From the NCBI GenBank assembly GCA_937924035.1, contig CALDTK010000083.1:8116-72115 (forward strand): a DNA stretch of 64,000 bases, given 5' to 3'. The notes under the pieces are model-generated. The model saw only the letters and a list, made by a program, of their open reading frames with translations. It did not search any database and was not told the DNA's origin. This DNA is from an uncultured Saprospiraceae bacterium. Lineage in GTDB: Bacteria > Bacteroidota > Bacteroidia > Chitinophagales > Saprospiraceae. A program made the position numbers and the translations under genes. Every line of letters begins with the position of its first letter. Positions within the stretch are counted from its first letter, which is position 1. Shown here in pieces: positions 54,961-63,293 of the stretch.

Positions 54961-56469
54961 CTAAGGTTTGCTCCCGTCATCAATGAATTCATTCTTGCAA
55001 TACTCGGCTGTGGTTTTTTCATTGCAATAAACATTGTCCAGGAAAGACCTTGCAGCTACTCTTAATAATCCGACTTCTTTACCTGACAAGACGCGTTGGT
55101 GACTTAGATCGATGAGACTGATCAATTCGCGTGAGGTTTTTTCGAATTGTTTTTTCCTCTTCTTATCTTTAGAGCTAAACGCAGCTACATCCTTCTTAAG
55201 ATCATTGAGTAGCTGACCAGTATAACGATGCAAGACGGTCGTAATATTCCGGTTTGGTTTCGTAGATTCTTGAAAGAGATACTGTAAATTGGTCTCTTGG
55301 GATTTCTTTTCTTCCGGCCCTTTACCCAGAAAAGGAAAGTATTGGCGATAATCCAGCGAAAACGCGATTTTTTTGTTTGCTACGGCATCGCATTCCTTGT
55401 TATTCCATTGAGCAAGCACATCAAGAAACGCCGTCGCTTTTTGCGAAACTTTTTTAACTTTGGGTTTTAATAACTTTGTCTCCTTAAACAGAACTACCTC
55501 ATCGTATCCAAATTGGGCAGCGTCCGGTTTAGTGGGTATTACAAAGCGATCGAGAGGTTTATACTTCTTATTTTTTGCAGTGAGCTTGTTGAAGGTGTGG
55601 CTTACTTTTAATGCTCGCATAAGCTTTTCTTCAGGAATTACCTTATTACCTGTTCCCATTAATGTGCGGTCGCTTGGGTATTGCCTTACAAATGCGGCAT
55701 TGGTAAGTAATTGTACCTGACCAAACGGCAGCTTCCGGCGTGCGATTGTACCCTTTATATCACTACCAAGTATTGACCCCAGATGGTTAGACATAAATCT
55801 AGCGCTTGCTACATTTGCTGGTACTTTTTTCCTCCCTGCGCCAACTCCTGAAATATTCTTAAGTTCCATCTCGTAGATCTTTTTTTGCTGATCGTCGAGA
55901 ATATTGCTTGAGATCATTGTATCAATCATTTTCTCAGGCCAAAACTCATAACCATAAATGAAATCAGGAGTCACAGATGATTTGATTTCGTAGGAATAGA
56001 ATTTGGGTTGCAAAGTATTATCAAGTATATTATGTCTAAAATTCTCTGCTTGCAGGGCTTTCGGAAAATTGTACTGGCCGACGACGTGAACCGACGGATA
56101 AAATTCGCGGGTTCCGAAGAATGAAGGTAAACGCAACTCTTTCATTTTAAATGACCCGTGAGCGGTGCCATGATACAAGCGACGAAAATCTGTCCAGCGC
56201 GCAAGCATCAGACCGTAAGGAAAGCTGTCTCGATAACGCGGGTCGAGTTCTGCCCCGAGCCGACAGTCATGTAGCCGTGGCCCGGTTGTCGAAATCATTG
56301 CCAGGTATTGTGCAACAGGGTGTTTATCAGTAAAAAATCCGTGTTTAACTTCGGATGCGCTAGATTCTTCTGTTATTCCAATTGCAATAGCAAAAGACAA
56401 TGCAGCTGACATATTAATCAAAGTGCTATTAACGCATCGCCTGTTAGTTTTGTTTTGTCCGTTCAGCAT
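54961..56469 (-). CDS. hypothetical exported protein (502 aa), last gene of the unknown operon
   Basis: ATG with GGAG 6 nt upstream, embedded in the end of the preceding gene. N-terminal basic region plus hydrophobic stretch MSAALSFAIAIGI. Lys-rich patches (KKYKP, KPKVKKVSQK, KDKKRKKQFEK). C-terminal C-x8-C (CNEKTTAEYC). No family recognised. Confidence 0.7.
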   Translation of the reverse strand: MLNGQNKTNRRCVNSTLINMSAALSFAIAIGITEESSASEVKHGFFTDKHPVAQYLAMISTTGPRLHDCRLGAELDPRYRDSFPYGLMLARWTDFRRLYHGTAHGSFKMKELRLPSFFGTREFYPSVHVVGQYNFPKALQAENFRHNILDNTLQPKFYSYEIKSSVTPDFIYGYEFWPEKMIDTMISSNILDDQQKKIYEMELKNISGVGAGRKKVPANVASARFMSNHLGSILGSDIKGTIARRKLPFGQVQLLTNAAFVRQYPSDRTLMGTGNKVIPEEKLMRALKVSHTFNKLTAKNKKYKPLDRFVIPTKPDAAQFGYDEVVLFKETKLLKPKVKKVSQKATAFLDVLAQWNNKECDAVANKKIAFSLDYRQYFPFLGKGPEEKKSQETNLQYLFQESTKPNRNITTVLHRYTGQLLNDLKKDVAAFSSKDKKRKKQFEKTSRELISLIDLSHQRVLSGKEVGLLRVAARSFLDNVYCNEKTTAEYCKNEFIDDGSKP

Positions 56470-56480
56470 GAATCTCTCCT

Positions 56481-57449
56481 CTACACCTTGTCTTGCGTTA
56501 ATGTGTCTATGCTCTTATCCAGTCTCATTTTTAGAAGATTTACAATGGATTCGGAGTCTTCGCCAATAAATTCGACTAAATCTGAAGGTTTCTTTGTTTT
56601 GTTATTCTTGAATCTGGTGCGTACTGCTTTCCAATAATTCTTTTCATAAGAAGTAGCGATAGTTTGCAACTTTCGCCAATCGGTTCTTTCTTTTAGCTCT
56701 TTGAGAAACTCTAGTTTTCTCTCATTGCTGATCGAGCCAAGTGTTCGAGCGAGTATTCCTCTTCCTTTACCCAGCAGAATCTGCTCCCACTCTTCATGTT
56801 CTTTAAAAAACTCAGAAAACGTTTCTCCATGATCAATTTTTACTCCTCTGAAATTCTTGTTTTCTGTATCTAGATAATAACCGTAGTGTTCTGGCTTATT
56901 GTCATTTTCCCCCAACAGCAATGCAATCAACATCGGCTGCCAGGTTTCTTCATTAATGTAGGATTCGGTGGCATCCGAGACGTACTGTGAATCTCTAAAC
57001 CCACTCAAAACTCGAGACGCGACAAGATATTCCTGATCACGAGCTAACCAGTGTTTGCTTTTTTTAGCATCAACTAGTAGTGTTTCTGGTGACATGCCAG
57101 GCAGTAATTGTAAATAGATCTCTGCGGCGAGTACCTCTCGCACAGGATATATTGAGCGTAAATCCTGTGTTTTCACACTACTGCGGATAGAGCCATATAC
57201 TCCACCTTGTTTTACTAAATAGTAGCTTTTTTGTGAAGGCAGGTAGAACATCATTTTTGCCTTATGTCCACCAAACGTCGGTTGATTCTTAACCTCTTTA
57301 AATCTGTCGAAATTAATTGGATCAGCAACTAAGGTGCTGCTGGCGAGAATAAGAACCGCTGCAAACACACTCATCAGACGTGCTTTGAAGTGCGTTTTGC
57401 ATATATTGATATAATATTCCCTTAAATTATCCTTGTATTTTTTTAACAT
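56481..57449 (-). CDS. exported or membrane-anchored protein with protein-kinase-like motifs
   Basis: ATG at 57449 with AGGAG 6-7 nt upstream (track start 57500 is less likely). Hydrophobic segment LMSVFAAVLILASSTLVA. Motifs YYLVKQGG, EVLAAEIYLQL, LLGENDNKPEHYGYY (compare HRDLKPEN) and VKIDHGETF (compare DFG) occur in kinase-like order and spacing. Confidence 0.7.
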   Translation of the reverse strand: MLKKYKDNLREYYINICKTHFKARLMSVFAAVLILASSTLVADPINFDRFKEVKNQPTFGGHKAKMMFYLPSQKSYYLVKQGGVYGSIRSSVKTQDLRSIYPVREVLAAEIYLQLLPGMSPETLLVDAKKSKHWLARDQEYLVASRVLSGFRDSQYVSDATESYINEETWQPMLIALLLGENDNKPEHYGYYLDTENKNFRGVKIDHGETFSEFFKEHEEWEQILLGKGRGILARTLGSISNERKLEFLKELKERTDWRKLQTIATSYEKNYWKAVRTRFKNNKTKKPSDLVEFIGEDSESIVNLLKMRLDKSIDTLTQDKV

Positions 57450-57548
57450 GGACTTCTCCTTTTGTCCTCGTTTAACTGTGCGCGGGCATACTATTGCCAA
57501 CTCTCGTTTTAATTCGACTTGCAGCTGTTAACTTCTTCTACTCAGATC

Positions 57549-59534
57549 CTATTCAACATATATAAATCCATACAAACCATCTTCAGCCAACTTCCATACC
57601 TCTCCTCCATCGAGACTGTAGTTGATTCCAGACTCTAATCTTTCCCCGGCGTATCTTGTAGCCATTGTGACGGAAGACTGAGGATTGTCGTTACTCAATA
57701 CAACAAAATAGCGCCCTATTCTTTCGTCTGAATACGCAAGCTGCACGCGTACTTGAGCACCATTTTCACGTAACATTGAGGGACTACCCATTACGGTAAC
57801 ATCTATCTCCTTTCTACTCTTGGTCACTACATCAAAATCGACGTCAGTCTTAATGATGGTGTGGATGTTCACAGGCTCATTGGTACTGTTATGCACTTTA
57901 TCGCCCCTCAGCCAACCACCGATGTCCACAAGAATTGGAAGACCATGGCCTTTCAAATGTAGATCGATTAGTTCAAAGCTATCGATTTCTGCGGCACAAA
58001 AACTAGCATGCAAATCGCCCAAAATAGTTTTACCTAGTGATTTTATTCTCAGGCTTTGTATTTTCTCTGCTCCACCTCCGTTCTCATATAATTGAAATCT
58101 CTGAGGGCCGCGTGGCAATCCGCTAACTACTGTTATATCTTCCAGATTGTTCAGTTGGAAGATATTATCAATACTCAATAACAACAAATTGGATTGTAGC
58201 TCTGTTAACTGTACCGGTTCCATCTCTTGCACTTGCATCGAAAAACACAGCATGTTGTTCGCAGATTGAAACTGTAGCGGTCTAATATTACGACTAGACC
58301 AAACTGCCGAATTCAAACTAATATGAATAAGCTCGGAACCGGGTGCATACGCAATAGAATAATCCTTCCCTTCAAACCTAAAAGGAAACTGAAATACCAG
58401 GCTGGAGATGTTACGTTGTGTATCCACTAATCCATCATGGATGGTTCTGTCAGTCAGGTCGTCACTAAGCTGAGAAATAAATATTTTTGCAAGGGTTATG
58501 TCTGAATCAACCCGTGTGTAGTTCAACAATTGAGTCGCATCCCCAATTGCCTGTTTCGTATTTCTCTGTATAGATCTCACCCGGTCAATTAGGCTATCAA
58601 CCAGAGCTGACATAAAATTTATTTCCATATTCCGAAGATCAAATACAATACCCGATACGGCATGTTCGTCTAGGTTCAACTTTCCATTTTTACTCTTAAC
58701 AATAAAAGGAACGTACATCATTCCATCGCTTAACTGAATTTCATCTATGGTATTATTCGTTAGATGGGCTTTTAATATTTCGGAATCTCTAAAAGATAGG
58801 TTGAGATCCAAAATATGATCATATTCGTGCGACCAACGCGTCCCAAGAGCGACCTTGATTTTTGCTGCTATTTCGATTTTCTGCTTGTTGTTAATTCGGA
58901 GCTTGTAACTACGACGAATAGATCGGTCATCGTCATTCGAATTAATTAGTATTGCATTGTTCTCTTCGATAGAAGCAGTCCACGCCTTTTTACTGGTTGT
59001 ATGTTGAGAATTGTGAAATTCTGACAAGCTCGCTTCACGAAATATATTTTCGGTAGTGTCAAATTTTAGAAATAGTGTTTTTCTTCCACGTATACTGTTT
59101 TCCGTGTAAGTAACTTTTAATGAGTCCCTTTGTAATTCCAGCTCTGACACATCGGCCGCCTGCCCTCGAATCGTCAACACTTCCCGCGAGTGACGTTCCC
59201 CGTTGTGGAAGCTGACTTCGATTAACCTCACGCCGGGCAATGGCGCTTTTGGGATTTTCATCCGACTGAATCTATTTTTCGCTGTTTGTTCCACATACAA
59301 AAATGAGTGGTTCGACGTCAGGACAACCTGGGGATGAAGAAAGGTACTGTTGCGTATTGTAAGATCGGTTAATCTTTCATCGGTACGTACATTTGTCCTT
59401 ATGACATGCGCGTATTCACGGGGTTTAATTTCAATCAAGTGGTTAGGGCTGACTGCTTCAACATGATTGGCTTTAATCAAGATTACAAAAGATACAAAAA
59501 TAGCTAGCTTATAAAGTACGAATAATTTGCTCAT
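57549..59534 (-). CDS. hypothetical exported protein (661 aa)
   Basis: ATG overlaps the upstream stop (ATGA). Signal-like MSKLFVLYKLAIFVSFVILIKANHVEA. No family recognised. Confidence 0.7.
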   Translation of the reverse strand: MSKLFVLYKLAIFVSFVILIKANHVEAVSPNHLIEIKPREYAHVIRTNVRTDERLTDLTIRNSTFLHPQVVLTSNHSFLYVEQTAKNRFSRMKIPKAPLPGVRLIEVSFHNGERHSREVLTIRGQAADVSELELQRDSLKVTYTENSIRGRKTLFLKFDTTENIFREASLSEFHNSQHTTSKKAWTASIEENNAILINSNDDDRSIRRSYKLRINNKQKIEIAAKIKVALGTRWSHEYDHILDLNLSFRDSEILKAHLTNNTIDEIQLSDGMMYVPFIVKSKNGKLNLDEHAVSGIVFDLRNMEINFMSALVDSLIDRVRSIQRNTKQAIGDATQLLNYTRVDSDITLAKIFISQLSDDLTDRTIHDGLVDTQRNISSLVFQFPFRFEGKDYSIAYAPGSELIHISLNSAVWSSRNIRPLQFQSANNMLCFSMQVQEMEPVQLTELQSNLLLLSIDNIFQLNNLEDITVVSGLPRGPQRFQLYENGGGAEKIQSLRIKSLGKTILGDLHASFCAAEIDSFELIDLHLKGHGLPILVDIGGWLRGDKVHNSTNEPVNIHTIIKTDVDFDVVTKSRKEIDVTVMGSPSMLRENGAQVRVQLAYSDERIGRYFVVLSNDNPQSSVTMATRYAGERLESGINYSLDGGEVWKLAEDGLYGFIYVE

Positions 59535-60892
59535 AGCCCGATATCCTCAGGCATTATGAAGTGGTAGTGTGATCTGAGCGACGCGGCAGTTTCTTTCCAA
59601 TCTGGATTTTTCAATGGGCTGTATTTGTTGTTCTCCCAATAGCCTATCAGCTTTATACGGACCAGAATATTCTCCTTGTCCATGCTGGCGACAGTTACTG
59701 CCTGTGATGAGCTGGAATTCGTATTTACTGTAAAACTTCCAACATCAATCACTCCGGTTTTTGTAGATAACTCATAGAAGGCCAATACTTTATCAATACT
59801 GTTTTCACTCCAATCTCCCCATGGTATAAACTCCATGTTTAATTTGGTTTCACGTGCCAAACCATGCCGTCTGATGGTTTTTCCCTCTACGCTTCCTAGT
59901 TCAATTTCTATTGGTATAACGGCGATTCTCTCAACTGGAGACCATTCTCGAATATGCATCTCCAATATTGACTGTCCACTAGCATTCTTTTTTTTGAGTG
60001 ACACTCCTGCAGTATGGGCTTCGCTTTTTCTTGCTAGGTCATATTGGAGCAAATGCTTTCGCGCAGTAGAAAACAACGCCATGACAACTGTATCTGGATA
60101 TGTTCTCAAAGTTGAATTTGGTGTCTGTTTAAGGATACCGCCTTTTAACAGTAGCCTCATTAGCGCTACTATCGATTCATCATTTCGAAGGTTGATTATT
60201 TTTGTTTTTGATAGCAGCTCGTAAAGGCGTTTTACTTCAAGGGAATAGTTACCTCTAAACTGTTCATCTATTTGAACATGGTCCCTATATACTAAGGTAG
60301 ATTTCATTATTGGAACTAGTGTTTCGTTCATCTCTATTTTTGAGTTAGAGAACCTTTGATGGATGCTCCAAAGAGGATCAAGAGATTCCTTTTCCAGCAT
60401 GACGTTGATATTCCATGTTCCGTAAATATCACCCGCTTCAGATATCAGTTTTGGTTCGGTCATCTTGCCAGGTACTTGAAATTCAAGACCCTTCCATAGA
60501 ATTTCTGCATTTGACTGGGGTGACCCACCAGTTTGTTTCGGGTTGATGGGCTCCAGCGAGAAGGACACAAATCCACCAGTTTCAATCTTTCCGTGTTTCA
60601 AGCCGGGTACATGAGTATCCCCGGTTTCAACCAATTGGAACTTAACCAGCGAGAACTCAGATCCATCTTCGGGGTTGTAAACTCTCATACGACCTGGTAC
60701 CCAATATTTACCTGTCATACCTAAGCTATCTTTGACATAGACAGCTTCCCCCGCGAACGGTCCATAGACATAATTGTTCTCAGTGATATCTGGAATCGCG
60801 TAGGCCTGACCGCAGGCCAGACAGGAGAGGAGAGCGGCGAGCAGTAGCCCCAGAATGTTTCGAAAAACAAAGTAATACACGACCAACTTCAT
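59531..60892 (-). CDS. hypothetical exported protein (453 aa) sharing an N-terminal module with the 678-aa protein
   Basis: Signal MKLVVYYFVFRNILGLLLAALLSCLACGQAYA. Segment KYWVPGRMRVYNPEDGSEFSLVKFQLV...ETGGFVSFSL parallels FYYLPANLRFAKDKDNRPMFTVYKYNLV...YQGGTLKATL of the upstream gene product. Confidence 0.7.
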   Translation of the reverse strand: MKLVVYYFVFRNILGLLLAALLSCLACGQAYAIPDITENNYVYGPFAGEAVYVKDSLGMTGKYWVPGRMRVYNPEDGSEFSLVKFQLVETGDTHVPGLKHGKIETGGFVSFSLEPINPKQTGGSPQSNAEILWKGLEFQVPGKMTEPKLISEAGDIYGTWNINVMLEKESLDPLWSIHQRFSNSKIEMNETLVPIMKSTLVYRDHVQIDEQFRGNYSLEVKRLYELLSKTKIINLRNDESIVALMRLLLKGGILKQTPNSTLRTYPDTVVMALFSTARKHLLQYDLARKSEAHTAGVSLKKKNASGQSILEMHIREWSPVERIAVIPIEIELGSVEGKTIRRHGLARETKLNMEFIPWGDWSENSIDKVLAFYELSTKTGVIDVGSFTVNTNSSSSQAVTVASMDKENILVRIKLIGYWENNKYSPLKNPDWKETAASLRSHYHFIMPEDIGL

Positions 60893-61071
60893 GCTAGTTT
60901 AGTAACTAACTTTGAATCTATTAAAATAACAAAAGCTGTTCGAGCATTACCCGCTACCTGACGAGTAAGGCTACTTTGATAAAATAGGATCCGTTTCATG
61001 ATAGATTCCGTATGTTATTTATGTTAGCAACGACGGAATTGTTGTGATGTTTTCGCGAACCATAATCACTA

Positions 61072-61095
61072 CAGCGCGGATACTAATCCGCGCTG
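61072..61095 (-). other. GC-rich hairpin 20 nt downstream of the 678-aa gene (attenuator, mRNA stabiliser or weak terminator)
   Basis: CAGCGCGGAT-acta-ATCCGCGCTG, a perfect 10-bp stem. No clear T-tract follows on the minus strand (TAGTGATTATGG). Confidence 0.45.
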
Positions 61096-61114
61096 CATTC
61101 CGTTTAAAGTGCAC

Positions 61115-63151
61115 TCAATTAAATTGACACGGTTCCTCTTCACTAAAAATCGCACATAAGTCAACCGTAACAAAACCGCCGTCTTGTAAATCTTCGTCAA
61201 TCACGACATTACGTTTTCTAATTCTTTTTCCATCTTCATCGCTAAAACCAACACTCGACGCTACTAATTTTGAACTAACTACATCCGGTCCGGTCAGAAT
61301 TATTGCTTGCATTGGATCCTCTGAAATCACGTAGGAATCATCAAGAGGGAGTCTGCCTAAATTCAATTTCATTGGGTTTTTAACACCAGCTACTTCCTGA
61401 TGAATTTGCAAAACTACATTATTACTTCGTTTATCCCAATCGACACCCTCCTCCGGGCCAATCACCTCAATCGTAAGGCCCGCTAATTCCGGAACAACGG
61501 GCAACATCGACGCTGTAAGCGAAATGCCGGACATTAGTCTTAAATCTCCTTTTAGTGAGTAAGCGGGTGGACCTTTGTCTGCGTAAATTTTCTTCATTGT
61601 CTTTTGAACTGCACTCCACGATCCTTTGGCGGTTTTGGAGTCTGCTAGATCAAGCTCTTCTTCGAGTTGCTTCCAGGGTGCAAATGGAAGTGTCCATTTG
61701 ACTTCGACATTCGGATCACCACCATTGGGGAAAGGCCCGAAATCTATTTCGTCCCCTCCTGGTGTTATCTGCTGCGGAAAGGTCTCCCGACTAACATCGG
61801 TGCCATAAGTCATCGCGACTCGCTGGGGTCTGATATCACCATCTGTTTGCTCAACAAAGAAAGGTGCCAGGTCTCCGGCAATCTCCGCTTTAACACGAGC
61901 AACGCTCCAGTCGCTGGGATTAACCTCCAATATATTGCGCTCGGGATCCGCATTAGAGATGTCTAGAACCGCATAACGAGCATCCTCCCTGTTAACTCTC
62001 GACAATGCTTTATCACTGAAGGTGATGTCACCTTTTTTCTTTTTGCTAACCGCCTTCATGGCAAATCCTACACTTACGCCGACCGGGCGGCCAAAGATTG
62101 TACCTCCATTGCCATCGGGCGCACTTCCCGCATCCGGATCAAGGCTGTCCTCAGGTGCTGGTTCCAAACCACCGAGATCAAAAGCGCTGGTTAAGATCCT
62201 GTCTACAATTTCACCGTACACAAGCTCTTTCACTTCAGGAGCAATCTCCTGTCCATCAGTGGTTACTTCTATGTTGGCATCTTGAAGTAATTCGGACTTT
62301 TTGTCCTCGTATGACGCGCTGCCACTAACAAACCAGTAGTCACCTTTGACCTCCATCTTCGATTCACTGGCTTTATAGACGTTGTCCCATTTACCAGTGA
62401 CCGAGATCTTTGAATCCAAGCCATAACCGTCATAGTCGAAACTAAGCAGAACATTGATGGGCGCGTCCGGAACAGATACAGTTTTCCCGTCCTCGCTTTT
62501 TTTTGTCAATATGGTGTGGAATATGTCTGTCGCAGACTTGGAAAGAGGTTGCTGCACCGCAATAATGTCTGCTGTTACCGGCGCCGTAAATGGCCCTAGT
62601 AATACCTTTGCACCGTCCGGGCTCTGAGGATCAGTCAACTCAACTGAAAAGGAAGCCTTGTTTAACGGTAGTCGACCAATTTTAGGGTTTGAACTAATTC
62701 CTTTTTCAATTAGTTTGTTTTCGAGAATACTAAGCTCGTCACCCATCAGGCCCATTGTCAGTGTCGCCTTCAAAGTCCCGCCTTGGTACACATTTCCTTT
62801 CTCTTCGTCCTCTACCAAATCAACAAAGTTTCCGTTGTTGTAGACTAGATTGTATTTGTATACAGTGAACATTGGCCGGTTATCTTTGTCTTTTGCAAAG
62901 CGAAGGTTTGCCGGTAAGTAGTAGAATTGGTCATCATCATGTTTGGCTCGAAACAGTGTTTTGGTTGGAAAATTCTTTTGATCTAACATTGTTTCGATGT
63001 CGATAGTGTCTGTCAAAACCTTGGCGTCAGATGCCAGGCTGGCAGTGGACCAAAGCAGTACGCCAATGGCAGGCGCTACCACTTGTCTTAGTTTTTTTAT
63101 GGTTTTATCTATGTGGTGCATGGTGTCTATCCTTGTAATGGTCGTGAACAT
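61115..63151 (-). CDS. hypothetical exported protein (678 aa, or 668 aa from the ATG at 63121)
   Basis: Both ATGs have purine-rich Shine-Dalgarno sequences. Signal-like KKLRQVVAPAIGVLLWSTASLA/SD. Beta-rich and acidic. C-terminal C-x8-C (CAIFSEEEPC). No family recognised. Confidence 0.7.
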   Translation of the reverse strand: MFTTITRIDTMHHIDKTIKKLRQVVAPAIGVLLWSTASLASDAKVLTDTIDIETMLDQKNFPTKTLFRAKHDDDQFYYLPANLRFAKDKDNRPMFTVYKYNLVYNNGNFVDLVEDEEKGNVYQGGTLKATLTMGLMGDELSILENKLIEKGISSNPKIGRLPLNKASFSVELTDPQSPDGAKVLLGPFTAPVTADIIAVQQPLSKSATDIFHTILTKKSEDGKTVSVPDAPINVLLSFDYDGYGLDSKISVTGKWDNVYKASESKMEVKGDYWFVSGSASYEDKKSELLQDANIEVTTDGQEIAPEVKELVYGEIVDRILTSAFDLGGLEPAPEDSLDPDAGSAPDGNGGTIFGRPVGVSVGFAMKAVSKKKKGDITFSDKALSRVNREDARYAVLDISNADPERNILEVNPSDWSVARVKAEIAGDLAPFFVEQTDGDIRPQRVAMTYGTDVSRETFPQQITPGGDEIDFGPFPNGGDPNVEVKWTLPFAPWKQLEEELDLADSKTAKGSWSAVQKTMKKIYADKGPPAYSLKGDLRLMSGISLTASMLPVVPELAGLTIEVIGPEEGVDWDKRSNNVVLQIHQEVAGVKNPMKLNLGRLPLDDSYVISEDPMQAIILTGPDVVSSKLVASSVGFSDEDGKRIRKRNVVIDEDLQDGGFVTVDLCAIFSEEEPCQFN

Positions 63152-63293
63152 CTATTCCTATTCGACGAATGCTGCCGATTACCGCAATAATTTTGTCTTT
63201 TAAGGGCATTCCAAACGAACAATCCTTCGGTTCACTTGTTTTGTCCTTCTTGGTTTTACTGCATCCTGTACTAATCCGTAAAAATATAGATCT

